Below, in pieces: positions 1 to 16,559 of a stretch of DNA of 64,000 nt. Numbering within the stretch: position 1 is the stretch's first letter; each line of letters starts with the position of its first letter. The stretch lies in assembly GCF_009914755.1 (NCBI RefSeq), contig NC_060925.1; one strand, 5' to 3'. The translations under genes were made by a program, and so were the position numbers. The notes beneath the pieces are model-generated. The model searched no databases, was not told the DNA's origin, and was given only the letters and a program-made list of their open reading frames with translations. The stretch is from the human T2T-CHM13v2.0 reference genome, Homo sapiens.

Positions 1-414
1 GTTTCATATGAAAGCAACTTTTCAATATTAAAAGTAATGAGAAGTGTGTACTACCCATTTCCTTACTGTTAAATAAGTACATATGTAATCCAAAATCATT
101 AGCTAGTACAGTAAGTCTTCATTGATGATACATTATCTATACATTTCTGCCATTTAAGGAAGTTACAGTATATACTCAATGTAAGTATAATTTCTAGGTG
201 ATTTTTAAATTTCTAGAGCCTTGTGTTATAACTTATAAAGTAAGTAATACTTGATTCATAATGCTGCTAAAAATGTTTATGGCAGCATGTTTCTTTGATC
301 CTTTCAAATCTGCTATCAGCAAGTTCTTTTTACTTCAGAAAGTGGGATAGATGGAGTGTCACGTATTTTGACCTATTTAAGTGGTCTGCAAATAAAAATT
401 TTTGAATGCTATTG
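1..414 (+). mobile_element. Possible 3' end of an ancient hAT-Charlie DNA transposon
   Basis: Bases 8-46 translate as YESNFSILKVMRS, resembling the hAT C-terminal dimerisation motif. The segment ends in AAAAATTTTTGAATGCTATTG, a degenerate reverse complement of a CAGTGGTTCTCAAAC-type terminal repeat. Confidence 0.35.
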
Positions 415-719
415 ATATAAAAGGACCAGAAAATAGATTATTCTAGATCACAACTCCTCACATCTATGAATTTGTTGAAATTTCTCACCTGCTAATGCCA
501 ATTCCATCACTACCACCCTGGGCTCTTCCAGTTTCTTTTCTTTAGTGTATGTCAGTTAGAGAGAAATAAATTTAAAAGGGTTAAACAAAGCAGTGTATGT
601 TAATTGTAGTAAATAAAATGTAGTAAAATGCAAAGAGAAAAATCTTCTTATTCCATATCCAGAGAGGAATAACTACTGGAAGATATATATACCACCCTGC
701 AGTGTACAATCTGACTTTT

Positions 720-1070
720 TCCACTAATGCAAACATTTCCTCATTTAATTAAATTTTTCAACACCATGACTCTAAATGGCACATATGATAATTAGTTCAA
801 CAAAACTGCTGTTGAGTTTTTAAACTGCTTCTAATTTTCCCCTACTATGAATATTGCTGTGATGGACATCCCTGTAAAATAGGCATACATACAAGCACAT
901 ATACTAGATTATTTCCTAAGGATACAGTTCAACAGTTCAAACTGACAAACCAAATTCCACATCCATTTCTAAAGCCTTTGATTCCTATTACTAACTTGCC
1001 TTACAGAAAGGAAATGCCAATTTAAACTACCTGCAACAAATCATGAGAGTGCCTCCTTCCCCACACCGTT
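720..1070 (-). mobile_element. Ancient L1M 3' fragment
   Basis: Decayed antisense L1M 3' motifs (ctactatgaatattgctgtgatggacatcc; atgagagtgcctccttccccacacc). Confidence 0.5.
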
Positions 1071-1149
1071 TTTCCAATTTTAATATGGCACAGACTTGGG
1101 CTTTCTAAATGCTGAGTGGAAAAACCCACTAGAGTTGTGATAATTGGAG

Positions 1150-1375
1150 GTAACAGAGAGGGGGAAGAATAATTGATGAGCAGAGTTCCTGAGAAAGACA
1201 AGAAGTGGTGAAATTTGGAGCACAGGAGGAGGAGTCAGTCTTAGACAGGAAGGACCACTGTCCCTTGGAGTGTTGATGTAGTCAAGAGGATGGCAGGCAG
1301 GGGCATGAAGTTGAAGAAATCTCTCATTAATACCCTCTAGTTTCTCTTTGAAGTAGGAAGCAAGGCTTAGCAAGA
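1150..1375 (-). mobile_element. Probable L2 fragment
   Basis: Purine-rich decayed sequence (ttttctctttgaagtaggaagcaagg) resembling antisense L2. Confidence 0.3.
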
Positions 1376-1910
1376 TTAGGTAATTACCTCTGGATCATGT
1401 TGTTTATGAGAGATCAAGCCAAGATTGATATCACCTCTCCCAACTCAGTGATACACTAGTAATTTTAGGTAGTTCTCACTAGAACTACTTTAAAATTTAC
1501 TTAAGATAATTTTCTCTCAGCCAAAGATGATCATGACAGATACATATATATTCAGGAAAGGAGTAGTGGTCCTCATATATATATTTTTCCCCCTTAAATA
1601 ATTTTGAAAATATGTACCACACCATCTACATTTTTAAATAATAGCTAAAATTTTTCATTATGGCTTTAAAAGGCTGCAAAAATATAATTTTTGTGGCTAT
1701 AATACCTATTGGCATGTTTAATTAAGATACGTATATCACTAGTTTAAATTTATTAGGGAATCTAAATGATAATTTAACAAGACCATCACCCATTTTTAAA
1801 ACTACATGAACATGCTCTTCTTAAAGAGTTAGAAATTTACATCATTTAATTTTTTTATTGTAGGTTTCAAGAATTGTATCCAAGTATATGTTTTATAATA
1901 TAAAATTATA

Positions 1911-2244
<334 letters not shown>

Positions 2245-2397
2245 CTAATAAACTGAAATTAAATATTTAAAATTTCCCATTAACATAAAGCTCTGAATAT
2301 TAAAAATTTCTCCTGGATTGAGTTATTAACACAAACAATAATGGTACACAATTGGTCAAAACCATGTAAATTAACTTTAAATCTTGAAAAATATTGG

Positions 2398-2968
2398 TTT
2401 TTTTCGCTGACTAGTTTGTTGAGGGTTCTTATGTTGGATTTTATCAAAAGCTTTCTCTGTATCTATTGATAATCATATAGTTTTTCTTTTAATTTCTCTG
2501 TATGTGGTGAATTACATCTGTGGATTTGCATATGTTGAACCAACCTTGCATCCTAGGAATAAGGCCTACTTGATGGTGGTGAATTAACTTTTTAATGTGC
2601 TGCTGGATTTGGTTTGCTAGTATTTTGTTGAGGATTTTAAAATCTATGTTCATTGGGGATATTGGACTGTAGTTTTCTTTTTCTGTTGTGTCTTTGCCAG
2701 ATTTTGATATCAGAGTGATGCTGGCTTCATAGAATCAGGGAGGAGTCCCTTCTCTTTAATTTTTTGGACTAGTTTCAATAAAATTGGTACCAGCTCTTCT
2801 CTGTACTTCTGGTAATTCAGCTGTGAATCCATCTGGTCCAGCACTTTTTTCGGTTGGTAGGTTTTTTATGGTTGATTCAATTTCAGACCTCATTATTGGT
2901 CTGTTCAAGGTTTCGATTTCCTGATTCAATCTTGGGAAGTTCTGTGTTTCCAGGAATTTATCCATTTC
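2398..2968 (-). mobile_element. Inverted 5' segment of an old L1PA element (ORF2 fragment)
   Basis: ORF 2756-2965(-) [24 protein letters not shown] is L1 ORF2; abuts sense-strand L1 at 2969. Confidence 0.9.
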
Positions 2969-5288
2969 AAAACAAGGATGACACTCTTACTTCTCCTATT
3001 TCACATAGTACTGGAAGTCCTAGCTAGAGCCATCAGGCAAGAGAAATAATTAAAAGTCATCAAAATAGAAAAGAAGATGCCAAATTACCTCATTTCACTG
3101 ATGATAGGATTTTTTTTTTTTTTTTTTTGAGACAAAGTCTTGCTCTCTCACCCAGGTTGGAGCGCAGTGGCACAATCTTGGCTCACTGCAGCCTCTGTCT
3201 CCCAGGTTCAAGTGATTCTCCTGCCTCAGCCTTCTGAGTAGCTGGGACCACAGGTGTGTGCCACCATGCCTGGATAATTTTTGTACTTTTAGTGGAAACG
3301 GGGTTTCACCATGTTGGCCAGGGTGGTCTCAAACTCCTGACCCCAAGTCATCGGCCTGCCTCAGCCTCCAAAAGTACTGGAATTACAGGCATGAGCCACT
3401 GCCCCTGGCCATTGATGATATGATTCTATGCCTAGAAAACCTTAAAGACTCTGCCAAAAGGCTCCTAGACCTGATGAATAACTTCAGTAAAGTTTCAGGA
3501 TATAAAACCAACATATAAAAATCAGTAGCATTTCTATACACCAGTAACATTCCAGCTGACAGCCAAAATAAAAATGCAATCCTGTTCACAATAGCCTCAC
3601 AAAAAATATCTGGGAATACATCTAAGCAAGGAGATGAAAGATCTCTACAAAGAAGAGAACTACAAAGCACTGGTGAAAGAAATCAGATGATACAAACAAA
3701 TGGAAAAACATTCCCTACTCATGGATCGAAAGAATCAATATTGTTAAAATGGCCATACTGCCCAAAGCGATCTACAAATTCAACACTATTATCTATTAAA
3801 CTACCAATGTCATTTCTCACAGAATTTAAAAAACTATTCTAAAAGTAACATGGAATCAAAAAAGAGCCTGGATAGCCAAAAAAGTTTACAGTAAGGCTAC
3901 AATAATGAAAGCAGCATCGCACTGACACAAAAACAGACACACAGACCAATGAAATATAATAGAGAACTCAGATGTAAAGCTGCATACCTACAACCATCTG
4001 ATCTTTGACAAAGCTGTCAAAACTAAGCAATGGGGAAAGGACTGCCTATTCAATGGATGGTGCCGGGAGAACTGGCTAGCCATATGCAGAAGAATGAAAC
4101 GGGACTTGCTACTTTTCACTATATACAAAAATTAACTCAAGATGGATTAACGATTTAAATGTAAGACCTCAAGCTATAAAAATCTTAGAAGAAATAGCCT
4201 TTGGACATCAGCCTTGACAAAGAATTTATGACTAAGTTGTCAAAAGCAATTGCACCAAAACCAAAAATGGACAAATAGAACCTAATTAAACTAAAGAGCT
4301 TCGCACAGCAAAAGAAGTTATCAACAGAGTAAACTGACAACCCAAAGAATGGGAGAAAATATTTGCAAACGATGCATCTGACAAAAGTATAATATCCAGA
4401 GTTTATAAGGAACTTAACAAGCCAAAAAGAAGTATCTCCATTAAACAGTGGGCAAAAAACATGGACAGACAATTCTCAAAAGAAGACATACAAGCAGCTA
4501 ACAAACATGAAAAAATGCTCAACACCAGTAATCATCAGAGAAATGCAAATCAGAATCACAATGAGATACTATCTCACACCAGCCAGCAAGGCTATTATTA
4601 AAAAGTGAAAAAATAACAGAAGTTGGTGAGGCTGTGGAGAAAAGAGAACACTTACACACTGTTGGTGGGAATGTAAATTAGTTCATCTGCTGTGGAAAGC
4701 AGCTGGAAGATTTCTTAAAGATCTAAAAACAGAACTATCATTAGAGCCAGCAATCCCACTACAGGGTATACACCCAAAGAAAAATAAATTATTCCACAAA
4801 AAAAGACATATGCACTTGTATGTTCATCACAGCACTATTCACAATAGCAAAGACATGGAATCAACCTAGGTGCCCATCAATATAGGATTGGATAAATGTG
4901 GTACATATAAACTAAGGAATACTATGCAGCCATAAAAAAGAATAAAATCATGTCCTTTGCAGCAACATGGATGCATCAGGAGGCCATTATCCTAAGTGAA
5001 TTCAAGTAAGAACAGAAAACCAAATACTGCATGTTCTCACTTATAAGAGGGAGCTAAACATTGGATTACTCATAGACATAAAGATGGAAATAATAGACAT
5101 TGGGGACTACTAGCTGGGGGAGAGAAGAAGGGGTGGAAAGGTTGGAACACTACTTATTAGGTACTATGCCCACTACCTGGGTGACAGGATCATTCATACC
5201 CCAAACCTCAGCATCACCCAGCATACCCATGTAATAAACCTGTACATGTACCTTCTGAATCTAAAATAAAAGTTGAAATTATTTTTTT
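2969..5288 (+). mobile_element. 5'-truncated old L1 (L1PA15/16-like), RT region to 3'UTR
   Basis: Starts at ACAAGGATG (the RQGC motif region), includes DDMILCLEN, ends CTGAATCTAAAATAAAAGTTGAAATT. Confidence 0.9.
3111..3410 (-). mobile_element. AluS inserted in L1 ORF2
   Basis: Poly(T) plus antisense Alu dimer; TSD ACTGATGATAGGATT / ATTGATGATATGATT. Confidence 0.95.
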
Positions 5289-5329
5289 AATTGCAAACAA
5301 GGCAAAGACATAAATACAATTTAGAAATT

Positions 5330-6260
5330 AAAAAGTTAGTTCGTATATCCAATATTACTTATTGCTAGAATGAAATAGAATTTAGCGTCAATTCTTCTAC
5401 TTTTTTTGTCACTTTCAGTGCTAAGTAACTAAGCTCGAGTAAATAAGTAGCTGAAAATGGAAACAGTTTTGCCACACCACTGTCACTTAAATCTTTTAAC
5501 TTCTTCTGAGCTATCTGACAAAATCACATAGTATTGTATAATCAATAATATTTAAGTATATCAGCTACTACATAAATTTTGTTGAAGCAAAGAATTGGAA
5601 ACCACCTGATTTACAAATTGATTTGTTACCTATTCATTACATTCAAATCACTTTCTCATTTTCTGGGAAGTATCCCAAAAAGGCTTTACCAAGAATTGTC
5701 AAACTACCATTATTTATGCCTGTTACTCTTCCACTTAAAGGTACTTACTTTGCTCGGTAGACTCAGAAAGAGTTCAGAAAATCAAATCACTGTTCATTTT
5801 AATACATCTTTGCAATGCAATGTTTTCTTGATAAAATGCTTTTATTTTATTGTATGCTTTTTTCAAAGTCTTGAATCTATGACTTGATACCCACCTCATT
5901 CAATTTATGGTAAATATCCACTATGTAATCTAATTGACAAAGCCAGCTTTCGTTGTCAAATTCATCAGCGAAATCAGAAAAAAGTGACTTAAAAATATTT
6001 AAACATATTATGCATCTCTGTGACAGTTGTCCAACTGCTAATTTTTTATTATAAGATATATAAAGAAATAAATAAATATGCAAAATATAGAGACTTTCCA
6101 AGAATGAAATAAGGCCTTGTTGCCTTTGCTCTTTCTTTCTGATGCCATGTTCTGGGTTAGAGAGTAGAAGAAGTGAGATCTTGTCGAAGAAAATCTGTTG
6201 TCACTTCTGCTGTTATCTGTAATACATCTGAATTTACAACACCTTACATGGGTCAAAATG
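5330..6260 (-). mobile_element. Decayed hAT (Charlie/Buster-type) transposase remnant
   Basis: ORF 5877-6101(-) contains FADEFDNESWLCQLDYIVDIYHKLNE, like Buster-family WLxxLAYLADIFxKLNELN; about 5440-5495(-) reads DLSDSGVAKLFPFSATYL, like LLPFxTTYLCE. Stops and frameshifts throughout. Confidence 0.65.
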
Positions 6261-6968
6261 ACATCATTTCAAGTATCAAGCTTCTCCTTTAACAGAAATA
6301 TGTGAAAGACTGAGAAGGACAGCCACACTGAGGTTCCTTAAAAATGAGACTTTGCCTAAGCCAATACTGTAACTTGTCTCTTTGGTACCCTGAGGCAGTG
6401 GTGAGCTCATTTAGATTTGGTGTGGGTAACAGATGTGCCCCTCCTTGTAAAGTAGAAGACAATTGTCAAAGTGAGGTGAAAGAGGAGAAATGACAGATGG
6501 TCTCCAGCCTGGAAAAATTCACCTGGCACAGTGAAAGTCATTTCATAAACTAGGAGGGTTTAAAAGAAAAAGTGCATATGGTACACGATGGGTTAGAGGC
6601 CAACAACTGATTTGTAAAGCGCACTACTAATTGCACCAAATCGATAGAGCAAGGCCTGAAATACTAGAAAGATCTGTTCCAAACAGTACCCCTGCAAATA
6701 CTACCGGTAACCAGGCAGTTTCTGTGCTCAGCAAACACATAATCAGTGATTCCCTAAGCATTCGTTGAAATTAACTAATGAAGCAACTAAAAGACAAATG
6801 GAAAAATGGTAAATTTTTTACTAATAATTGCAGATGATCATACCGAACTTCCCCTCAAATGTTTTAATTAAATCATTTCCAGCTCTCTTAAAGGAGAAAG
6901 GATGCAAAACAAAACAAATTACTCAGAAAAAGATGATGGAAACTACATCACCATAAAAAGTTGAAAGA

Positions 6969-7093
6969 GGTTGGACGCAGTGGCTCACACCTGTAATCCC
7001 AGCACTTTGGGAGGCCGAGGTGAGCAGATCATTTCAGGCCAGGAGTTCAAGACCAGCCTGGCCAACATGGTGAAATCCTGTCTCTATTAAAAT
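6969..7093 (+). mobile_element. Alu left monomer (FLAM-like or 3'-truncated Alu)
   Basis: GCAGTGGCTCACACCTGTAATCCCAGCACTTTGGGAGGCCGAGG through TCTCTATTAAAA; no right arm. Confidence 0.9.
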
Positions 7094-7140
7094 GTTTTTA
7101 ATACTTTTTCTTTAATTGAAAGAACCCCCAAAATGATTAG

Positions 7141-7541
<401 letters not shown>

Positions 7542-9723
7542 CCCAAATTTACTTTTGACATGTTTGTCTTTGTAATTTTTCTAATCTTCTTTCCTTGATG
7601 CTAAGATATCTACTGAATCTGACACTTCACTATTGGTTGATTGAGGAAAACACAGGATCCACCTCTTTTTCAATTTATTTTCTACTCTGTTAATATTGCC
7701 TATAATTTCCTGAAAATCAGCTTTTAGTTTCATTACCCACAATTATTCCAAGTCAAATGTAGATTACATAGCAAGATTTTAACATGGGAGGTGCAGTGAC
7801 TGTCATGTTCTGATATTAGCTGCCAAATCCATTGAAATTTTGAGATTAGGTTTTACTCCAAAATAGACGGAGAGATAAATCAGGGCTAATGAGACTTGGG
7901 CAAGAAAAAGTAAAGGTTAAAGTTTTTAAACCCTAAGTCATATTTTCAGAATTTGTGTTGAAATTATGATGTTCTTTGCTTTTCTGTTCTTGTTTGTGAA
8001 TTTCTTACAGTCATCTGAGATGAAATAAAGATAAAAAAATAAGTCAGGCAGGTCTTCAAAAATAGATATGGAGCTTTCATGACAAAAGAGTGGGTAGGAG
8101 AAAGACCGAGATGAGGGAATTCTGTTCCTTACATGATCTTCATCCAAGACCTCTGCAGTCAGTTCTTTGCAGAACCAAACCATGTCCCCTAACAGCCTGC
8201 CTTCGGAAACCTAAACGCTAATCAGTGGCAATTAAAAGTTTCATTGGGCACTGTTAAAACTTTCAAAGTCAATGAGTTGGAGTAGCAGTGCAAATGAGCG
8301 GCAATGGGGATTGTTAAATAGTCACTGTTTGCAAGATACATCAGCCATAGGAGCGTACAAATTAAAAGATTTCTCCTGCGACACCAAGTCACTGGGAGAC
8401 TCATTTAATCACATCCCTAAATAATTAGAAGCTCCGTGCCTTCATTAAGAACCAAAAATAAGTGCTTGCACCATGTTCAGGTAAATGACAGCAGGGACGT
8501 GCAAAAGTTGTTTTCTAGTTCAGGCTCAGAAAAATGTGTCATTTTTATTGGGTGAAGAAAAAAATTCCCTATAATAATTTTGTGATTATGCTCTCATTAG
8601 GAGCCATGAGAGAGCTCAAGAAGCCCACAGCTCTCATAAAGTATCCTGTTATTTCTATATCCTCCTCAATAACAGTTTTATGGTAAAACTAACATAATGA
8701 GACTTAGTACGCTTAAGCCCTTTTGCCTGGGGATTCTTACTGACATTATACACATTAAGGTTAAGATGAACCTCATACCAAAAATATTAGATGGCAAGAG
8801 ATCTACACAGTTTACATTGGATAGATTTTTCAAAGAATTATGTCCAAATATGTTTGGAGGGTTGGTTTAGAAAAAAGGAGTGCAGGAGGAATAAGGAAAT
8901 ATGTCACCTTTTAGCCATTCTTTTTTTTTTTTTTAAATTTAAGTTCTGGGATCCATGTGCAGAAAGTGCAGGTTTTTTACATAGTGAACATGTGCCATGG
9001 TGGTTTGCTGCACCTATCAACTCGTCATCTAGGTATTAAGCCCAGCATGCATCAGCTGTTTGTCCTGATGCTCTCCCTCCCCTCACCCCCCCGACAGGCT
9101 CTGGTGTACGATGTTCCCCTCCCTGTGTCCATGTGTTCTCATTGCTCAGCTCCCACTTATGAGTGAGAACAAGTGGTGTTTGGTTTTCTGTTCCTGTTTT
9201 AGTTTGCTGAGGATGATGGCTTCTAGCTTTATCCCTGTCCCTGCAAAGGGTATGATCTTATTCCTTTCTATGGCTGCATAGTATTCCATGGTATCTATGT
9301 ACCACATTTTCTTTATCCAGTCTATCATTGATGGGTATTTGGGTTGGTTCCATGTCTTTGCTATTGTGAATAGTGCTGCAGTAAATATATGTGTGCAGGT
9401 ATCTTTATAATATAATGATTTATATTCCTTTGGGTATATACCCAATAGTGGGATTGTTGGGTCAAATGGCATTTCGGTTATTGATCCATGAGGAACCGCC
9501 ACACTGTATTCCACAATGGCTGAACTAATATACATTCCCACCAACAGTGGAAAAGCGTTCCTATTTCTCCACAGCCTCAGCAGCATCTGTTGTTTCTTGA
9601 CTTTTTAATAATTGCCATTCTTGCTGGCATGAGATGGTATCTCATTGTGGTTTTGATTTGCATTTCTGTAATGATCGGTGATATTGAGCTTTTTTTCATA
9701 TGTTTGTTGGCCCCATGAATGTC

Positions 9724-12310
<2,587 letters not shown>

Positions 12311-14040
12311 TCATTTCCATATTTAGTGTTTCCATTAGGAGCTCTAGCAAGGCAGTCCTAGTGGTGACAAATTCCCTCAGCATTTGCTTGTCTGAAAAGG
12401 ATTTAATTTTTCCTTCACTTATGAAGCTTAGTTTAGCTGGATATGAAATTCTGGGTTGGAAATTCTTTTCTTTAAGAATACAGAATATTATTTCACACTA
12501 TCTTCTGGCTTGTAGGGTTTCTGCTGACACATCCACTGTTAGTCTGATGGACTCCTCTTTGTAGGTGACCTGGCCTTTCTCTCTGGCTGCCCTTAACATT
12601 TTTTCCCTCATTTCAACCTTGGAGAATCTGATGATTATTTGTCTTGGGGTTGATCTTCCCATGTAGTGTCTTAGTGGGGTTCTCTGTATTTTCTGAATTT
12701 GAATGTTGGCCTGTCTTGCTTTGTTGGGGAATTTCTCTTGGACGATATCCTGAAGTATGTTCTCCAACTTGGTTCCATTTTTCCCATGTCTTTCAGGTAC
12801 ACCAATCAATTGTAGGTTTGGTTTTTTACATAGTCCCATAGTTATTAGAGGTTTTGTTTGTTCCTTTTCATTTATTCTCTAATTTTGTCTGCCTGCCTTA
12901 TTTCAGCAAGATAGTCTGTGATCTCTGACATTTGTTCTTCCACTTGATCGATTTGGCTGTTGATATTTGTGTGTGCTTCACAAAGTTCTCGTGCTGTGTG
13001 TTTCAGCTTCATCAGGTTATTTGTATTCCTCTCTAAACTGGTTATTCTAGTTAGCAGCTCCTGTAACTTTTTATTATGGTTCTTAGCTTCTTTGCATTGG
13101 GTTAGAACATGCTCCTTTACCTCAGTGAAGTTTGTTATTACCCACCTTCTGAAGCCTACTTCTGTCAATTCCATTCATCCATTTCATCCTCCATCCAATT
13201 CTGTGCCCTTGCTAGAGAGGTGTTGTGATAATTTGGAAGAGAAGAGGCACTCTGGCCTTTTGAATTTTCAGCATTTTTTCATTGATTCTTTCTCATTTTT
13301 ATGAGTTTGTCTAGTTTTGATATTCGAGGTTGCTGACCCTTAGATGGGGTTTTTGTGGGTACTTTTTTTTTGTTGTTGATACTATTGTTGTTGCTTTCTG
13401 TTTGTTTTTCTTTGAACAGTCAAGACCCTCTTCTGTAGGGCTGCTGCGGTTTGCTTGGGGTTCACTTCAGGCCCTATTCATCTGGTTCACTCCCATGCCT
13501 GGAGATGTCACCCCAGGAGGCTGGAGAAAGCAAAGATGGGTGCCTGCTCCTTCCTCTGGGATCTCTGACCTCGAGGGACATCAACCTGATGCCAGTATGA
13601 ATGCTCCTGGTGACCCCTGTTGTGAGGTCTCACCCAGTAGGGGGGCACAGAAACAGGACCCATTTAACAAAGCACTTTGGCTATCTCTTAGTGGAGGGAG
13701 TGTGCTGCACTGTGGGGAAACCCACTTGTCTGGGCTGCCCAGATACCTCAGAGGTAGCAGAAGGAAAGACTAAGTCTGCTGGTCCACAGAGACTATGGCC
13801 ACCCCTACCCCTATGGACTCCAGCCCAGGCAGATGAGAGTTCTGTCCCTGAGCCCCTGTCTGGAGTTTTTGGAGGTCCTGCAGGGACACCCCACCCAGTG
13901 AGGAGGGATGGGTCAGGGCCTGGCCTAAATAGGCAGTCTGGCCACGGTCTGCCACAGCCAGTGTGCTGTGCTGTGGGGAATACCTCTTGGGACCAAGCCA
14001 TCCAGCCACCGTGGCTCCAGCAGGGGAAAAAGCACAGCCT

Positions 14041-14330
14041 GGAGCTATAGTAATGGCTGCCACCCTTCTCCCCGGGGAGCTTAGTGTCTTAGGTAGCTAG
14101 CAGCTGCAATGTTGGCTGCCACATCTCCCCCAGGGAGTTCAGATAGCTTAGACATCAGGCAGCAGCAGTGGTGGTGATCGCCCCTCCCTCAGGGAGCTCT
14201 TTTGTCTTAGGCAACTGCGGTGGTGGCTGCCACCACTCCTCCATGGAGCTCAGACAGCTTAGACAGCAGGCAGCAGCAATGGTGATGGCCGCCTCTCCCC
14301 TGAGGGAACTCAGTAGACTTAGGCAGATTC
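14041..14330. repeat. About five diverged ~55-60 bp monomers in the L1 5'UTR
   Basis: Recurring TGGCTGCC...GGGAGCT...CTTAG unit. Confidence 0.7.
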
Positions 14331-14839
14331 CAGCCAAGTGGCCGTTGAGAATCTGCAAGGCTCCATGATGGCATGGGTTCACCAATGGGATCTTCCAATC
14401 CATGGGTTGCACAGTTCCATGGAAAAAGCACGGTTTCCCAGGCTGGGTAGGTAACATGCTCACTTACTGCCTCCCTTGGCTGGGGGTAGGGGCTCCCCTG
14501 CCCCATGCAGCTCTCAGGTAGGCTGATGCACCACCCTGCTCTTTCCTCCTGTCCGTGGGTCATGCCAGCCACCTAGTCAGTCCTGATGGCAGAACCTGCG
14601 TACCTCGGTTGCCAGTGCAGGATTCGCAGGCTGTTTTGGTTCTTTTCAGCGGGAGTCTCCTATCTCAGCTGCTCTAGTTGGCCATCCAGGCCCCACTCCC
14701 TTGCCATTCTTTAATGGGAAGCAATATGTCCATTCAGCTACTGGTAACGCTCTCTTGCACTAAGGTGTCACCTCTGTTAGATTAGCCTATGATACAAGTG
14801 CTAACTTTGATATTGAGTTTGAGTGGAAACAGGAAGAGG

Positions 14840-15080
14840 TTACTTATTCCCTTTACAAATATATGCTGAGCTCCTACTGGGCAAAAAGTCCTGGGATAAG
14901 AACTGAGGGAGATACAGCATTGAATCACTTGCAGACCCTGAATTCAAGAGTGTATGCATGGATAGAGAAGATCAAGCCAGCTCTTTAGCCCTGATAATTC
15001 AAAGTGTAGAGAGAGTAGAGGGGTGTTTCTAAGTGCCTAAAAGATTTCTGGAAGACACTGTTAAAGTTGTTTAGGAAAGG
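14840..15080 (-). mobile_element. L2 3' end
   Basis: ACAAATATATGCTGAGCTCCTACTG...GAGATACAGCATTGAAT resembles the antisense L2 terminus. Confidence 0.55.
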
Positions 15081-15409
15081 AAGCTGGGAACCAGGAGTCG
15101 GACAAAGATTGTCTTTAAAAGATAATATTGACTCTCATAGCTTTTTCTATGTGCCAAGAACTGTTTTAGTTGCTTTATTTCTAGGTGTGTCTAGCTACCA
15201 TATGTTAGAATATTAATGAGTTTTCTATTTTTTCCTATTAAAAATGTTTTGTCTATAACACATATACACAGAAGTACACAAAATACAGAAGTACACAAAA
15301 TACCATGAAACAAACACTCCTATAACCATGACTCAGGTTAAAAAACAGAAAATTGCCAGTCTTTCTTGGGCCCTCTCTCAACCACTACTCCCTCCCCTGT
15401 TTGATGCAC

Positions 15410-15690
15410 AAGCACTTTTCCAGTCTAACCACAGCCTATGCTTGCTTCCTGCCTAATTTTCCACTATTCTACCCTATACTCCAGCCACGTTGAAATCTTT
15501 GCAATCACTCAAACATGATATCCTTTCATAGTTCTCTGCCTTTGTTAGTGCTCGTTCCTTCTTCCTTGAATGTCTTCTCATGCCCTTTCCTCCCTACATC
15601 TGAGACTTTTTTCACCTAGTAAACATTTTCACAGATTCAGTTCAAAAGTCATTTCTCATCCGAAGCTACTCCTGGTATGCTCAACTAATA
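15410..15690 (+). mobile_element. L2 3' region fragment
   Basis: ACTCCAGCCAC...CTGCCTTTG...CCTTGAATGTCTTCTC pyrimidine-rich L2 motifs. Confidence 0.55.
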
Positions 15691-15713
15691 CTGCGTAAAT
15701 TAACAGATTACAG

Positions 15714-15845
15714 GGCCAGGTGCTGTGGCTCATGCCTGTCATCCCAGCACTTTGGGAAGCCTAGGTTAGAGGACCACTTGAGCCCAGAAGTTTGAAACCA
15801 GCCTGGGCAACATGGTAAAACCCCATCTCTACCAAAAACAAAAAA
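15714..15845 (+). mobile_element. FLAM_C-like Alu monomer
   Basis: Left-monomer sequence with A-rich tail; flanking AGATTACA repeat. Confidence 0.9.
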
Positions 15846-16559
15846 CAAGATTACAAATGAGAAATGTGGACAGCCCCCCTTGTTCAGCAATGACTTTATT
15901 CAAAGAAATTGAAGAAACTTGATGTCACTGATGTACACTTTTACTAAATAAGCCTTGAGAGTAAGAACTTAAGGAGAATGTTAAAATTCTTTTTAATATG
16001 TACCTTTAATTTGGTTTAGGGTCAAAGAGAAGTCAACTCATGAAACTCAAGAAGCTATAGTAACACTTTAATTTCCGAAAAATGACAAGGAACTTCTCTA
16101 TTTGCATCTCAATTTGGTCTCTATTGGAGCCTCGTAAGTTGAAATAAGTCAAATTTAAGAAAATATTGCAATAAATCTCTTTAAAAACAGGCAATCCAAA
16201 ATAGATAGACATAATTTTCAAGCTTTACTAGGTTTCAGATAAATTTCTATGCCCTTGTCACAATAGTATTGGTGATAATCAGAAAGACATCATCAAACAA
16301 AAGTCAAGAAAGAAGTCCTTTTAATGGGCGCTGGACATGCAGAACGATAAATGAACAGTCCATGCACTGTGGAGATAAAGGGGAATCAGCTAAGGACACA
16401 AAGAGGAAAAGAGTAGGAAACATTTTGGAAAAGTGCCTATTATAGAATTAATTGAGAATTTCAGGAAAGCTGAAGATGAGAAGGGGTTCAGAGTGTCATA
16501 CTTCTGTGTGGGGCAGAAGCAGTCCAGAGAGACAATTTCTCTGTAAATCTTAAAAGCGC

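Noticed and set aside
13330-14572. Cluster of 100-150 aa ORFs on both strands
   Set aside because: Chance ORFs in a GC-rich L1 5'UTR; the same applies to 55223-56220.
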